Shown here piece by piece: positions 27,129 through 37,596 of a stretch of 55,635 nt of DNA. This DNA is from a virus (Duplodnaviria; Caudoviricetes). Location of the stretch: IMG/VR virus record IMGVR_UViG_3300044995_000318, positions 1 through 55,635 of that record, one strand, 5' to 3'. Position 1 is the first letter of the stretch. Every line of letters begins with the position of its first letter. The position numbers were made by a program, and so were the translations under genes. The notes under the pieces were generated by a model that was not told where the DNA came from, ran no database searches, and saw nothing but the letters and a program-made list of their open reading frames with translations.

Positions 27129-30100
27129 GCGAAGAAAAATTAATAACCGGGGAAGACGAAAATTTACCGCCGGGTGTTGTGAAAGTCCCTCTTGTTGTGG
27201 GGACTACTCGACGCTATGACGGTACTCTTTTCGTGGCTGGGCAGGGTCCAATGCCCGCCGATGTCATGTTTGTAAGTACGGCACTTTTGGAGGAAGAAGC
27301 GGAAGAATTTGCTGAGACATTTAGCGGGATTAAGATTAAATCTAAGCCTCGTTATTTAAAAGGTCCAGCAGGCACGATGTTTAAAGATTGTGCGTTGAGT
27401 AATGGTATTGATTTGGATCAATGTTATTACACGGCGCTTATTAAATATCTTTTGCCAAGGTCTAACCGTCTCAAGCCTACTAAGCAACAGTTGGCCGCCA
27501 GCATGCCTTGCCTTGTTGAAGAAATTGCTAAGGTAAAGCCGAAAGTGATTGTGGCCTTGGGTAAACATGTTTTTGACATGCTCTACCCGATGAAGCTGAA
27601 GCTTAGTGATATTGAGTGTGGATGGTTTTGGAGTAAGCGGTTTAATTGTCGTATATTTCCAATGCCGAATCCGGTTCAGTTAATTCTAAAACCGGATTAT
27701 TTGGAAAAGTTTCATGTGAATTTTAAAGAGCTTCGCAGGATGCTGTTGTCGCTGAAAGGCGTTGAAGTGGACACGGTTAAAACCAATTACCGGGTGATTT
27801 ACGATTCCAATGATCTCCGTACTTTGGTTCAGCAACTTAAAGACAACCAATATTCGGTTATCTCCGTGGATTGCGAATGGTCTGGAAGAAATCATGTTGA
27901 TGGAAAGTTGCGCAGCATACAGCTATGTTGGGCTCCAGGCGAAGCTGCTTATGTGCGTTTTATGGATGATCAAAAGAATTATGTTTTTGACATAAGTTAT
28001 AAAGAGGCTGGAGCTATATTAGGAGAGTATCTTAATAAACCTCATGTAAAGTATATCGGGCATCACATTTCTGCGGATTTTCCTTGGATGTACCATGTCT
28101 TAGGTTTAGAATATTACAACAAATGTTTGATGGATACGGAGTATGCTCAACAATGTATTGATGAATATTCAGGACTTGGTTTGGAACGTTTGTCGGTTCA
28201 GTACACTGATTGTGGTCGCTATGATTTAGATTTGTTGTTGTGGTGTAAGGAAAATAAAGTTTCTGAAGAAGACGGTTATGGTCTGGTGCCGGATGAGATT
28301 ATCATTCCGTATGCTTGTTATGATGTTGATGTTCCTTTTAGGTCTTATCCTTTTCTATTTGCCGAATTGGAGAAACAGGATCTTTTAGATTATTATTACG
28401 ATATTTTTCTTCCTTTTGTTACTAATATTTTTACAGATTTTACTTTGTTTGGCCTACCAATTGATAAGAAAAAATTAGATGAGTTGAGGTCTTTGTTTAC
28501 TTATGTAAGAAATAGGCTATCAGTTATTTTACAAAGAAAAGTAAAGCAAGAAGCAGAAATATTTTTAGTCAATTTTCTTAATGAAGTAAGTAATAATAAT
28601 GAAGAACAAGTAATAGAAATTTTAAATGATTTATTTTTAAACAATGTTGAAAAAGCTTTTAATTCAGCTAAGCGTTTAGTAGGAGCAGATAAAGTTTCTA
28701 AGCTTTTACCTCTTTGGAATCATTATTTAGAAGCTGATAATTTTAATATTCGTTCTGGTCCAATGATGCGCAGGTGGCTTTTTGATGTTAAAGGTATGAA
28801 GCCTATTAAATCGACAGGTAATAAAGAACGGGGTACTCCTTCGATACCTTGGGAAAAGGTTGAAACTTTTCCGCCTGATCGACAAAAAGAATATACCCCT
28901 GCAACAGACAAACAAACGTTGACTATTTTAGCTGAGCAATATCAAGATGATCTTTTGAAGTTGCTTTTGCAACTCAATGCGGTGGGTAATCTTTGCAAGG
29001 CGTTTTTGAAAGAAGCGGAAGTTGATGAGGAAGGTAATTTAATTAAAGAAAATGGTATTCATTATTGGATTGCAAGTGATGGTAGAATTCATTGTCAGTA
29101 TAGCGCTACGGAAACTGGTCGCCCAAGAACTTGGAAACCAAATTGTCTTAACTGGCCTAAATGGGTCAATGATTCGATTACTGCAGGTGTTAAAAGAGTT
29201 ATTGAATCTGACTACGAAGAAGGAGTTCTTCCAAAAGAGTTTGAACGCTATAGGACTGAAAGGATACCTAGTCTTCGATCTTGCGTAGCAGCCCCCGAAG
29301 GATGGTGCATGGTGGAGTCGGATTATCAAACCGCCGAAATACGTGGTTTGGCTTTTATATCCGGCGACGAAAGACTTATTCGTATAATGACAGAACCCGA
29401 TCCGCAGTTTGGATTTGTGCTTCTTCCAGGTGATGATAAGCCCACTATAGTTCGCCTAAATTATGCCGAAGATTGCGGAATCCCCAAGGATGCACAAATA
29501 CCTGATCTGATTATGGCTGTAGTTAAAGATGGCAAGGTTATTAGGAAAGTAAGTGAAAGTGAGTTACTAAGAAATGATGATGGAACTCTCAAGCATCCCA
29601 AGGCTGACCTTCACTGGTCGCTGGCGGAAATGACTTACGAAAAACCTCGTGAGCTCATGAACCCGGACAAGCATAGGAGTGCAGCCAAAGTGGGTAATTT
29701 CAGTTCCGCCTATGGTGCTACAGGTGCGACGTTGGAAAGAAAGATTGAAGCGGATACAGGTATCAAACCGGAAAAAGGAACTGGTGATAAGTTGTTGAAA
29801 GCTCTTGCTGCAAGACAACCTATTGCAACTTCGTTTTTGTTGTCATTGGAGGAAGCTCCTATAAATCCAGGTTATTTAAGAGCAGCTAGTGGTAGGATTA
29901 GGCATTTCAAAACTCATCCTGAATATGTTTCCGATAAAGTTAGCTATAAGCTGAAGAAAAGCCTACATAGCTCAATGGGTCGTGAAGCTCGTAACTTTTA
30001 CTTTCAGGAATCGGTAGCCGCAACAGCCGCCCGAGCCGCTAATAAATTAAATGATTACTTCAAAGCAAATAACATGCAGGCACGTGTAGGCATCGTTTTG

Positions 30101-30298
30101 TATGACTCGATTGTTACATTCTGCCCTATGGAAGAAAGGTTTAAGGTAATGGAACTTCACCAACGTTTCATGGTGGACGAAAATAAATGGACTTACCACG
30201 GTCGGGAAATGTCATACCCGATCGATACAGATTTGGTTTTCGCGTGGTCGTGGAAACCAACCAAAGAAGAAAAAGAAATACTAAACAAAAGGAACTAA
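27125..30298 (+). CDS. polA: family A DNA polymerase with N-terminal UDG-like domain and 3'-5' exonuclease
   Basis: UDG family-4-like N-terminus; exonuclease motifs SVDCE, GHHISAD and YACYDV; TETGR; motif A SDYQTAEIR, motif B RSAAKVGNFSSAYG, motif C LYDS. Confidence 0.92.
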   Translation: MSEEKLITGEDENLPPGVVKVPLVVGTTRRYDGTLFVAGQGPMPADVMFVSTALLEEEAEEFAETFSGIKIKSKPRYLKGPAGTMFKDCALSNGIDLDQCYYTALIKYLLPRSNRLKPTKQQLAASMPCLVEEIAKVKPKVIVALGKHVFDMLYPMKLKLSDIECGWFWSKRFNCRIFPMPNPVQLILKPDYLEKFHVNFKELRRMLLSLKGVEVDTVKTNYRVIYDSNDLRTLVQQLKDNQYSVISVDCEWSGRNHVDGKLRSIQLCWAPGEAAYVRFMDDQKNYVFDISYKEAGAILGEYLNKPHVKYIGHHISADFPWMYHVLGLEYYNKCLMDTEYAQQCIDEYSGLGLERLSVQYTDCGRYDLDLLLWCKENKVSEEDGYGLVPDEIIIPYACYDVDVPFRSYPFLFAELEKQDLLDYYYDIFLPFVTNIFTDFTLFGLPIDKKKLDELRSLFTYVRNRLSVILQRKVKQEAEIFLVNFLNEVSNNNEEQVIEILNDLFLNNVEKAFNSAKRLVGADKVSKLLPLWNHYLEADNFNIRSGPMMRRWLFDVKGMKPIKSTGNKERGTPSIPWEKVETFPPDRQKEYTPATDKQTLTILAEQYQDDLLKLLLQLNAVGNLCKAFLKEAEVDEEGNLIKENGIHYWIASDGRIHCQYSATETGRPRTWKPNCLNWPKWVNDSITAGVKRVIESDYEEGVLPKEFERYRTERIPSLRSCVAAPEGWCMVESDYQTAEIRGLAFISGDERLIRIMTEPDPQFGFVLLPGDDKPTIVRLNYAEDCGIPKDAQIPDLIMAVVKDGKVIRKVSESELLRNDDGTLKHPKADLHWSLAEMTYEKPRELMNPDKHRSAAKVGNFSSAYGATGATLERKIEADTGIKPEKGTGDKLLKALAARQPIATSFLLSLEEAPINPGYLRAASGRIRHFKTHPEYVSDKVSYKLKKSLHSSMGREARNFYFQESVAATAARAANKLNDYFKANNMQARVGIVLYDSIVTFCPMEERFKVMELHQRFMVDENKWTYHGREMSYPIDTDLVFAWSWKPTKEEKEILNKRN

Positions 30299-31863
30299 TG
30301 AATACTATGAATACTACTACTCGTCCCCGTCTTATCGGGGGTTCTAAAGGTGACTCGATGATTGGAAGTACAGGAGGAAGTCTGTTTGCTCCAGGCGTTC
30401 GAGTTGTTTATCCTAAGCAAAACAGTGTGTTGAGAGGTCGAGTTATGCCTTCGTTTAACATTACGATGAATCAGGCAGATCAGATGTATAAAACTTCGTG
30501 GATGCCTTATCGAGATCGTAATGCTCCTGAACTTGATAAACACACACAAACTCCGGCGTTCACGCCGTTCTTTGTGAACATTCAGTCGCATCGGTTTTTC
30601 GGTTTTAAAGAGCGCTCGTTCTTGAGTCCTAGAACGTTGCAAATCATGGAAGGAGCTACAGCAGAACAAATTGCTGATCCGCTGATTGATTTGTATAACG
30701 GAATTAAAAGAACTAAAGACGAGAATCTTATTAAAAATTATCTTAAGAAAATAGATGATAAAAAGAATTCTCGTCCGAAAGTTCCGCTTCCCAGCAAACA
30801 AGCCGTCATGAATTTTTATCATGAGGGAGAAAATGGTACTTGGGAAACTTCCTTGTTGGTATTAAGTCGTGGGGCTATGGATCATTTGAAAGAACAGTTA
30901 GCGTGGCCAGTTCCCAGCGGAAAAACCCCTCATGACCCGAATTGGCCTGAATTCCTTTTTGGGGATATTACTGATCCCGAAACGGGTTTATTGGCTACTG
31001 TTTCTCTCACCAAGTTAGAGAATATTAGCGCGCACTGTCTGCACTTCTCTACTAAGAAGTATTCTTTGGATGGTGCTGTTGTTAAAAAGATTCCGGCTTC
31101 GGAATTAGCTAATCGTTATGATATTCTTTCCTTGGATGTTTTGGTGATTCCAACTTATCAGCAAATTGTTGATATCATTGTTCAAGAAACTGATATTGAC
31201 TTGGAACTTGTTAAAAGATATTGCGGGCATGCTGCAAATGTTGGTAATCGCAGTTATGGACGTCCAACTAAGTATGATCAAGATTTGGACGAGGAATCGC
31301 TAGATGAAGATCAAGATGATTTGTCTTATGAAAGCGTGCAGACACCACAAAGCTCGTTGTCGTCTCATGCTCCGGTAGCTCCGCCAGCTCCACCGGCTCC
31401 TCCAGTTCCGCCAGCTCCACCGGCCCCACCGGCTCCTCCTGTTGCACCTGTTGCTGAGGAGAAGTTTTGGGTAATTCCGAGTGGGAGTCAAAACAGGACT
31501 CCTGTTCAAATGACTAAGTCGGAATTGCAAGCCATGGTAAACAACGGCGATCAAAATGCCGATGTGATGACGTTGGATCAAAAGTCAGGCTGGAAAAAAC
31601 CGGCGGATTTTGGGATTGCCACAGTAGCGGTTCCTCCTACTCCTCCGGTTCCTCCAGCTCCTCCGGCGCCTTCGGTAGTCCCAGTTGCTAATGCAGGAAC
31701 TGTGACTGTAGTTACAGGAGGTGAATTGACTCCTGAGGAGTTAGCTGAATTAGAATCTTATAAGGCTCGCAACGCTGCGGCTGAAAAAGATCCAAGTCAG
31801 CGCCTCAAACCAAAAGAAACGGTTCGAATGGTTGCTTTGATGAATCGTTTGAACAAAAAATAA
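30298..31863 (+). CDS. putative ssDNA-binding protein with Pro-rich linkers and GYF_2-like domain
   Basis: TAATG coupling to the polymerase; lies between Pol and RecA; acidic stretch, then (PPA)n linkers flanking FWV...SELQAMVNNG...GWKKPADF. Confidence 0.45.
   Translation: MNTMNTTTRPRLIGGSKGDSMIGSTGGSLFAPGVRVVYPKQNSVLRGRVMPSFNITMNQADQMYKTSWMPYRDRNAPELDKHTQTPAFTPFFVNIQSHRFFGFKERSFLSPRTLQIMEGATAEQIADPLIDLYNGIKRTKDENLIKNYLKKIDDKKNSRPKVPLPSKQAVMNFYHEGENGTWETSLLVLSRGAMDHLKEQLAWPVPSGKTPHDPNWPEFLFGDITDPETGLLATVSLTKLENISAHCLHFSTKKYSLDGAVVKKIPASELANRYDILSLDVLVIPTYQQIVDIIVQETDIDLELVKRYCGHAANVGNRSYGRPTKYDQDLDEESLDEDQDDLSYESVQTPQSSLSSHAPVAPPAPPAPPVPPAPPAPPAPPVAPVAEEKFWVIPSGSQNRTPVQMTKSELQAMVNNGDQNADVMTLDQKSGWKKPADFGIATVAVPPTPPVPPAPPAPSVVPVANAGTVTVVTGGELTPEELAELESYKARNAAAEKDPSQRLKPKETVRMVALMNRLNKK
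31369..31453 (+). repeat. degenerate 9-bp coding tandem repeat (Pro-Pro-Ala/Val)
   Basis: gctccgcca/gctccaccg/gctcctcca units. Confidence 0.7.
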
Positions 31864-31878
31864 ATTGATAAATAAACC

Positions 31879-31915
31879 GACGACCGGGGGTCTATTCCCC
31901 CGGTCGTTATTATTT
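31879..31915 (+). terminator. intrinsic terminator-like hairpin
   Basis: GACGACCGGGGG-tctatt-CCCCCGGTCGTT followed by an AT-rich tail. Confidence 0.7.
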
Positions 31916-31925
31916 AAAAAAGCAT

Positions 31926-33275
31926 ATGCCTAGAGGAAGAAAAAAGAAAACTGTTGAAGTTAATCAGCCTTCGCAAAAAGTAGACCCGCCCGTGTTTGAT
32001 ATCTTTGCAATAGACGATGAACTGTTAAGAGATTCGCATAACGGGTTAGCTACATTACGAGCGCAAAAGAAAAATACCCCGCTCGGTTTAGCCTCTTTGT
32101 CGGATATAAGAAGAACCATGACTCCTTGGCCCCATTTTGCTTGGGAGTGGTTTACGGGTAACATGGGGCTTCCGCAAGGTATAATGGTTGATATTATTGG
32201 TAAAGAAGGGATTGGTAAAACATCTTTAATTCACTGGTTAATAGGTTCTTTTCTAAGAGCAGGTTGTCCGGCTTATTATCAAGAAACTGAAAATAAGCCG
32301 CAACATAGTTCTTGGGTTGGTCGTTGTATGACAACTGATCCAACTAAGGTTAAAGCTTACTTGGCGCGTGTAAAAACTGAGCAACAACCACCAACGAGTT
32401 TGGCAGAGTCGCACCGTATGATTGAGGAATGGGTAGTTTACATGCGGGGTAAAAGTCCTACGGCTCAACCCCCTTTTGTAGTTCCTCTAGAGACTCCTAT
32501 GTTTGTGGCGGTGGATACATGGTCCAAGCTGATGTCGCCTCAAGAGTTTGAAGCTTATTTTGGCTATCTTAATCCAAACCTTAAGAAAAAGAAATCAGGA
32601 CCAGAACGGGATATTGGTGATGTTAGCAATATGGGGCATGCTAAATGGAATGCAGGATGGTGTCGTGTTCTGCCCCATTTTATGAGTTCAAATAACGTCA
32701 ACTTGTTTGTCGTTCACCATCAGACTACAAAGCAAGATTGGGGACAGGCAGGCCCATTCAAGCTTCCCGAAAGCTACACCGATCTTCGTAATAAAACAAA
32801 GATTGGTGGGGCCGCCGGTGACCAGCTTGCAGCTATGCAGATTATCGCTGCCCCGTATCGAGAAATTAAAGACGACAGCGATTTGAAAAAAATTGTTGCC
32901 AAAACAGTTCGACTTAGAATGCATAAGAATTCTTACGGTCCTCCGGAAAGAATTATTGAAATGGATATTAAGTTTGAAGACCTCGACGACCGAGAAGATT
33001 ACCAAGAATGTCCTGTGTCATTTGATCGTTTTCTGGCTGAAAAGTTTGCTGAAAACGGTTGGCTTGGAACGACTATGCACGGGGGTAAATTCACCTCTGC
33101 TAAGTTGGGAGTGAAAAGCGCAACCGCTAAAGAGTTTTGCGATGCTTTTCATGCTAATACAGAGTTGCGCAACTTTATGGGCCGACAACTGGGTATCCAC
33201 GGTTATACTTCATTAGAAACTTTGATTGAAGAAAGAAAACAGAAAGAAAAAGTCTCAAATGAAGAGGAGTCCTAG
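31926..33275 (+). CDS. recA: RecA/UvsX-like recombinase
   Basis: GLPQGIMVDIIGKEGIGKTS, YQETE, VAVDTWS, HHQ, KIGGAA and KNSYGPP motifs. Confidence 0.85.
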   Translation: MPRGRKKKTVEVNQPSQKVDPPVFDIFAIDDELLRDSHNGLATLRAQKKNTPLGLASLSDIRRTMTPWPHFAWEWFTGNMGLPQGIMVDIIGKEGIGKTSLIHWLIGSFLRAGCPAYYQETENKPQHSSWVGRCMTTDPTKVKAYLARVKTEQQPPTSLAESHRMIEEWVVYMRGKSPTAQPPFVVPLETPMFVAVDTWSKLMSPQEFEAYFGYLNPNLKKKKSGPERDIGDVSNMGHAKWNAGWCRVLPHFMSSNNVNLFVVHHQTTKQDWGQAGPFKLPESYTDLRNKTKIGGAAGDQLAAMQIIAAPYREIKDDSDLKKIVAKTVRLRMHKNSYGPPERIIEMDIKFEDLDDREDYQECPVSFDRFLAEKFAENGWLGTTMHGGKFTSAKLGVKSATAKEFCDAFHANTELRNFMGRQLGIHGYTSLETLIEERKQKEKVSNEEES

Positions 33276-33705
33276 AAGCCTGTTAAGCGCCCTAGCCCGG
33301 ATTACCGGGCTAGGCGTTACACGTATGGATGTTGACCAAGCTTTAGAGTTTATTGACTCTAGTATAGATCATTGTTCTTTCAGACCATTGAGTAAAATGG
33401 AAATTATATGGGAGCCAGGTAAGATTATAGCTAATTTGCTTTCTGATCAGAAAAAAGAAACCAAACTGTTTACTCAATTTACTGAGCGGGAATCTGCAGA
33501 TTTTATTATTGCAGAAGATTTTCTAGCTGGAGCGGATTCTTGGTTTTATGTTTTTGTTACTACAGATTTGTATCAAGTTTGTTCTTTAGTGGAATGGGTA
33601 GAAGATTCTTCTTATTTAATTATTAAAACAGTTAAAAATGGAGATGAAGGATTGCTTTATATTGTTGCTTTGCCTTTAAAATTTCTTATTAAATATGCGA
33701 AATGA
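33259..33705 (+). CDS. hypothetical protein
   Basis: ATG at 33259 overlapping the recA end. Confidence 0.6.
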   Translation: MKRSPRSLLSALARITGLGVTRMDVDQALEFIDSSIDHCSFRPLSKMEIIWEPGKIIANLLSDQKKETKLFTQFTERESADFIIAEDFLAGADSWFYVFVTTDLYQVCSLVEWVEDSSYLIIKTVKNGDEGLLYIVALPLKFLIKYAK

Positions 33706-34117
33706 AAAATCAAAAAAATCTTTATCTGGTTGGGTTGAAGTTTTATTTAGAAAGAAAACTAGTCCTGTTTCTTCTATAAAAGGTCCTAAGGATATTCATC
33801 TTTCGGATTACATTATGCCTGGGAGTAAAATGCCTTTAAGTGAATTTGAATCGGCTATAGATGTTTATGATTTTTATTCAAATAATAAAGAATTAGCTGG
33901 TAGGCCAATTAAGGAGTTCGACATTGTAAATTTGGTTTTTTTATCTCCGAATACTTGGATGAAAACGCTTATTCTTTTGGATCCTTATAGCGATATTTCT
34001 AAGAAATTCTATTTTTCAGGATCGGAAAAATTGGCGCATTGGGTACCTGATAGATTGCCGTTATGTATGCAGCCTTTGCAAAGACCTTTAGGACCATATT
34101 GTAAAACAATTAAATGA
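33695..34117 (+). CDS. hypothetical protein
   Basis: Overlaps both neighbours; ATG start. Confidence 0.65.
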   Translation: MRNEKSKKSLSGWVEVLFRKKTSPVSSIKGPKDIHLSDYIMPGSKMPLSEFESAIDVYDFYSNNKELAGRPIKEFDIVNLVFLSPNTWMKTLILLDPYSDISKKFYFSGSEKLAHWVPDRLPLCMQPLQRPLGPYCKTIK

Positions 34118-34662
34118 GTATTCCTGATTACGATACTATTATAAAAAATCAAGTTGTTTGTTTAATATGCATTGGTAGTAACAGAGATGGAAAATTTGTT
34201 CATGCTGAATCTTTATTAGATATTTTAAATAATGATAATTTAGAAGTGTGGTTTGTTTTTTCTGATAAAGAAGTGGTAAAGCTATATAGAAAAGATTTTG
34301 ATAGTTTAATAAATTTTTGTTTTGCGGTGCGTGATTTTTGTTTTGAAATACAAAGCTCTCGTGCTTTGGGTGTTGTCTTTGCTGCGATAGAGCCTGATAA
34401 GCTATTTAGGACTATGATGTATTGGGCACATTTAGGAGATGGCAGCAACATTTGTGATCATATTTTTATTCATGACGTTGTTAATATAATTTATGGACCG
34501 CATGCTTATAGAATTTTAACAATGCAGGAAAGGTCCAATGCATTTAATGCATGTGCAAAACTAGGTTTAAATAATCAAGAGGTTTTGACAGGAGACGAAA
34601 ATATCGACAGTATTATCTCCTTGATTATTAGATTTTTAAAACGTAGTGCCAAAAATGAGTAA
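34114..34662 (+). CDS. hypothetical protein
   Basis: ATGA coupling to the upstream gene. Confidence 0.65.
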   Translation: MSIPDYDTIIKNQVVCLICIGSNRDGKFVHAESLLDILNNDNLEVWFVFSDKEVVKLYRKDFDSLINFCFAVRDFCFEIQSSRALGVVFAAIEPDKLFRTMMYWAHLGDGSNICDHIFIHDVVNIIYGPHAYRILTMQERSNAFNACAKLGLNNQEVLTGDENIDSIISLIIRFLKRSAKNE

Positions 34663-36355
34663 CAGAGAAAAAGTTTCTGTGAATGTTGCGCAGCTTAGTC
34701 TAGGTATGGCTAAGCTGCCAGCAGTTTTGCAACAGCTAGGTTATCCTAGTTTAAGGTCCGGGCAAGAGCCTGTTGTGACAAACATTTTAGGCGGGCGGGA
34801 TACGCTTTGTATTTTGCCAACTTCTATGGGTAAAACCGCTTGTTTTGTTATCCCGACGCTTTGTTTGGATTGGCAGACTTTGGTGTTTTCACCCTTGGTT
34901 GCTTTGATGAGAGACCAAGTGCAAAGCCTTGAAAGAAAAGGAGTTAGAGCTGGTCAAATGTCCAGCACTCAATCCGAAGCTGAAAATATGAGGGCGGTTC
35001 GTCAATGGATTTCCGGCGAACTACAACTTCTTTATGTTGCTCCGGAACGTTTTCGCAATGAAGCTTTCCAAGAAGCCATGAGACATAAAGCGCCTGATAT
35101 GGTTGTTGTGGATGAAGCCCACGTGTGTAGCCAATGGTCAGATAACTTTCGCCATGATTATTGTTTCATTGGTGATTTTGTAGCTGAAAAGAATCCTAAA
35201 GTGGTGGCCGCATTTACTGCAACAGCTCCTCCAGAAGTGGAAGATGATATTCGTCGTGTTTTTAAGATGCATACGGCAGATCGCTTAATGTATTACCCAA
35301 GGCGATCCAATTTGGATCTTCGTAGTGCAGTTTATTCTGGAGAAATAGATTTAGTTAATAAAATAAGAGAAGTAGAAGGTAGTGTTTTGGTTTATTGTGC
35401 CACCATTAAAGGCGTGGAAGAACTAGCAGCTCAGATTGCGCAAATGATGCCTGAAGAAGATATTTCTTTTTACCACGGTAAACTTGCCCCCGATGTTAAA
35501 AAGTATAATCAGGATCTTTTTATGTCGGGTAAATCTCGCATCATTGTGGCGACTAATGCTTTTGGTATGGGTATTGACAAAAGCGATATCCGCGCCGTAT
35601 TCCATTACGATTTTCCAGGCAGCATCGAGGCTCTGGCTCAAGAAGTTGGAAGAGCTGGGCGTGATGGTAAATACTCGATGTGTTTGACGTATTGGAGACA
35701 AAAGGCACAAGAAATTCAAGAGTGGTTTATTAAGATTGGTCACCCTTCAGAATCTGATATGCGTAGGTTGTATATGAACTTACGTAATATGGCTGACAAT
35801 AATAACGTTGTCAGAACTTCTCATATGCAACTCGCTAGTGTTTGTAGTTTGCAAAAAGAGCTGGTGAGTTCTGCTCTTACAATTTTTCGAGGTTCCAAAG
35901 TTATTGAAGGTTATAGAGATGATGAAAAATGTGCCCGTATTATTTACCGTTTGCCGCCTAAAGAAGATCGGCAAAAGAATTTGCAAATGGAGAAAGACCC
36001 AAGGTTTTATCCATGGAAAAAGGTTATTGAGGAATTGGGAGTTGAATCTGCGGATAACGAGATTTCTGTTGACCTAGAAGCTTTGTCAGATCGGTTAAAT
36101 GTAACGGAACAAACGATACGTAAGTATTTAAAACAGTGGGATTTAGATAAATGGATTGAATTTGTTCCTCCTTTTCGAGGAACTGTTGTTCGTATTATTA
36201 ATGATTTAAGTGTAGTTGATTTTAAACGGTTGAAAGAAAAGCACGAGCAGGCCAAACAGAAATTGATGGATGTTCAAAAATATTTGAACTTGCCAAATTC
36301 AGCGAAGCACGCTTACTTGGAATCGTATTTCGGAGTTTCTAATAATGAAGATTAA
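34655..36355 (+). CDS. recQ: RecQ-family DNA helicase
   Basis: LGYPSLRSGQE, LPTSMGKT, SPLVALMRDQV, YVAPER, VDEAH, TATA, ATNAFGMGIDK and QEVGRAGRDG motifs. Confidence 0.93.
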   Translation: MSNREKVSVNVAQLSLGMAKLPAVLQQLGYPSLRSGQEPVVTNILGGRDTLCILPTSMGKTACFVIPTLCLDWQTLVFSPLVALMRDQVQSLERKGVRAGQMSSTQSEAENMRAVRQWISGELQLLYVAPERFRNEAFQEAMRHKAPDMVVVDEAHVCSQWSDNFRHDYCFIGDFVAEKNPKVVAAFTATAPPEVEDDIRRVFKMHTADRLMYYPRRSNLDLRSAVYSGEIDLVNKIREVEGSVLVYCATIKGVEELAAQIAQMMPEEDISFYHGKLAPDVKKYNQDLFMSGKSRIIVATNAFGMGIDKSDIRAVFHYDFPGSIEALAQEVGRAGRDGKYSMCLTYWRQKAQEIQEWFIKIGHPSESDMRRLYMNLRNMADNNNVVRTSHMQLASVCSLQKELVSSALTIFRGSKVIEGYRDDEKCARIIYRLPPKEDRQKNLQMEKDPRFYPWKKVIEELGVESADNEISVDLEALSDRLNVTEQTIRKYLKQWDLDKWIEFVPPFRGTVVRIINDLSVVDFKRLKEKHEQAKQKLMDVQKYLNLPNSAKHAYLESYFGVSNNED

Positions 36356-36854
36356 TGGTGTTGCAGAGCTGTTTCGAATTTTAGCTTCTTTGCCGCCTCC
36401 GAAAGGTTCAAAACCTTTGTTACCAAATGAATCTTTAGGAATAATAAGATGTGCTTGCGGAGAGCCTAAGCCAATCTCAATGTTTAGCCCGGCTAGGAGC
36501 AAGCATATTGCGTATATAGATAATGTTTGCGAAGGTTGTAAAAATAACTTTAAGGATTTGGCAACTATTGTTTGCTGCTCATGCAAACGTGTGGTAGCTA
36601 GGCTTGCTCCACATAAAGATCCAAAAGGTTTCCGCTTTGAAAAAGGCGGAATTTATCACACGGACACTTGTGGTGGTACGTGTGCTTATAAACAAGAAGA
36701 TAAAGAACTAAAAGAAGGAGTAGTTCATCATGTTTCAGTCATACTGGAACAATGGATTGCTCATCAAAAAATAGACGGCAAACCATACGACGCTGCCGCC
36801 CTATTTAAATTCAAACAGTCGTTTAAGGAGAATCAAAATGAGTCTCACATCTAA
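36345..36854 (+). CDS. Cys-rich putative zinc-finger protein
   Basis: CACG, CEGC, CCSC and CGGTC pairs. Confidence 0.7.
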   Translation: MKINGVAELFRILASLPPPKGSKPLLPNESLGIIRCACGEPKPISMFSPARSKHIAYIDNVCEGCKNNFKDLATIVCCSCKRVVARLAPHKDPKGFRFEKGGIYHTDTCGGTCAYKQEDKELKEGVVHHVSVILEQWIAHQKIDGKPYDAAALFKFKQSFKENQNESHI

Positions 36855-37392
36855 TAACATATTGAAAAAACCTATTCGCGTAGGAACTCGTATCCAAGCT
36901 CTTTCAGTAAAACCTGTGGAAATTCGAGAAGAAAATGACAAACTAGTTGGTAAAGTTGTTTTTATTAATAAAGATAGCGCTGAAGTTCGGTACCCTTGCA
37001 CTCCGGCAGTTTTAGCGCGTGTTCGTCCTTCTGCCACATCTCCGGAGCGCTGGAACTTACAAGTTAATAAAATGTTTTGGTTTATAGCAGATGAAAACGG
37101 GACTGTATTTGGTGCCGACATCTGCCCCGAAAATGCATTTTCCAGAGGAGGCGAACCCGAAGATTTGAAAGGTGTTACTGAAATGATTATTTCATTTGAT
37201 AATAATGGAAATATTACGGTAACACAGCTTCCTGCGCGTGTAGCCACCAATACGATTGTTGGTATTTTAAATGCCTTAGACGCAAAAGATACAATTGCTC
37301 CGGGTGATTCTCTTAATGGGCATGGTGAAGTGATTAGTGTGGCTGGTAATACTATTCACGTTCGACCTAAATTTAATACTAATAAGAAGTAA
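36838..37392 (+). CDS. hypothetical protein
   Basis: AAGGAG SD before the ATG; 184 aa. Confidence 0.75.
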   Translation: MSLTSNNILKKPIRVGTRIQALSVKPVEIREENDKLVGKVVFINKDSAEVRYPCTPAVLARVRPSATSPERWNLQVNKMFWFIADENGTVFGADICPENAFSRGGEPEDLKGVTEMIISFDNNGNITVTQLPARVATNTIVGILNALDAKDTIAPGDSLNGHGEVISVAGNTIHVRPKFNTNKK

Positions 37393-37425
37393 GCAATAGA
37401 TATTGTTTTGGTGTTATATATAATT

Positions 37426-37593
37426 GTGAACACCAACATATCTTGGTGGGCATGGTCTTTATTGACTTTGTTCGCCGTGGTTTATGGGCTGCCCTTTCTT
37501 TGGGCAGCCCTTTGTTTGTTAATAAATTTGTTACCTTTGTTATCGTTGGTTGTTCCCATTTGTTTCTTCATTGGGGCAAATAAAAATAAATAA
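37426..37593 (+). CDS. small membrane protein
   Basis: Probable GTG start at 37426; almost entirely hydrophobic with a basic C-terminus. Confidence 0.5.
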   Translation: MNTNISWWAWSLLTLFAVVYGLPFLWAALCLLINLLPLLSLVVPICFFIGANKNK

Positions 37594-37596
37594 ACT

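Noticed and set aside
30187-30297. Upstream extension of the SSB-like ORF, and similar extensions at 539, 1767, 10350(+), 38588, 43426, 47576 and 54031
   Set aside because: They overlap upstream genes, promoters or terminators; downstream ATGs with coupling or SD sequences are more plausible.
31369-31680. GC-rich 9-bp repeats as a non-coding element
   Set aside because: They are in-frame Pro/Ala linkers with variable third codon positions.
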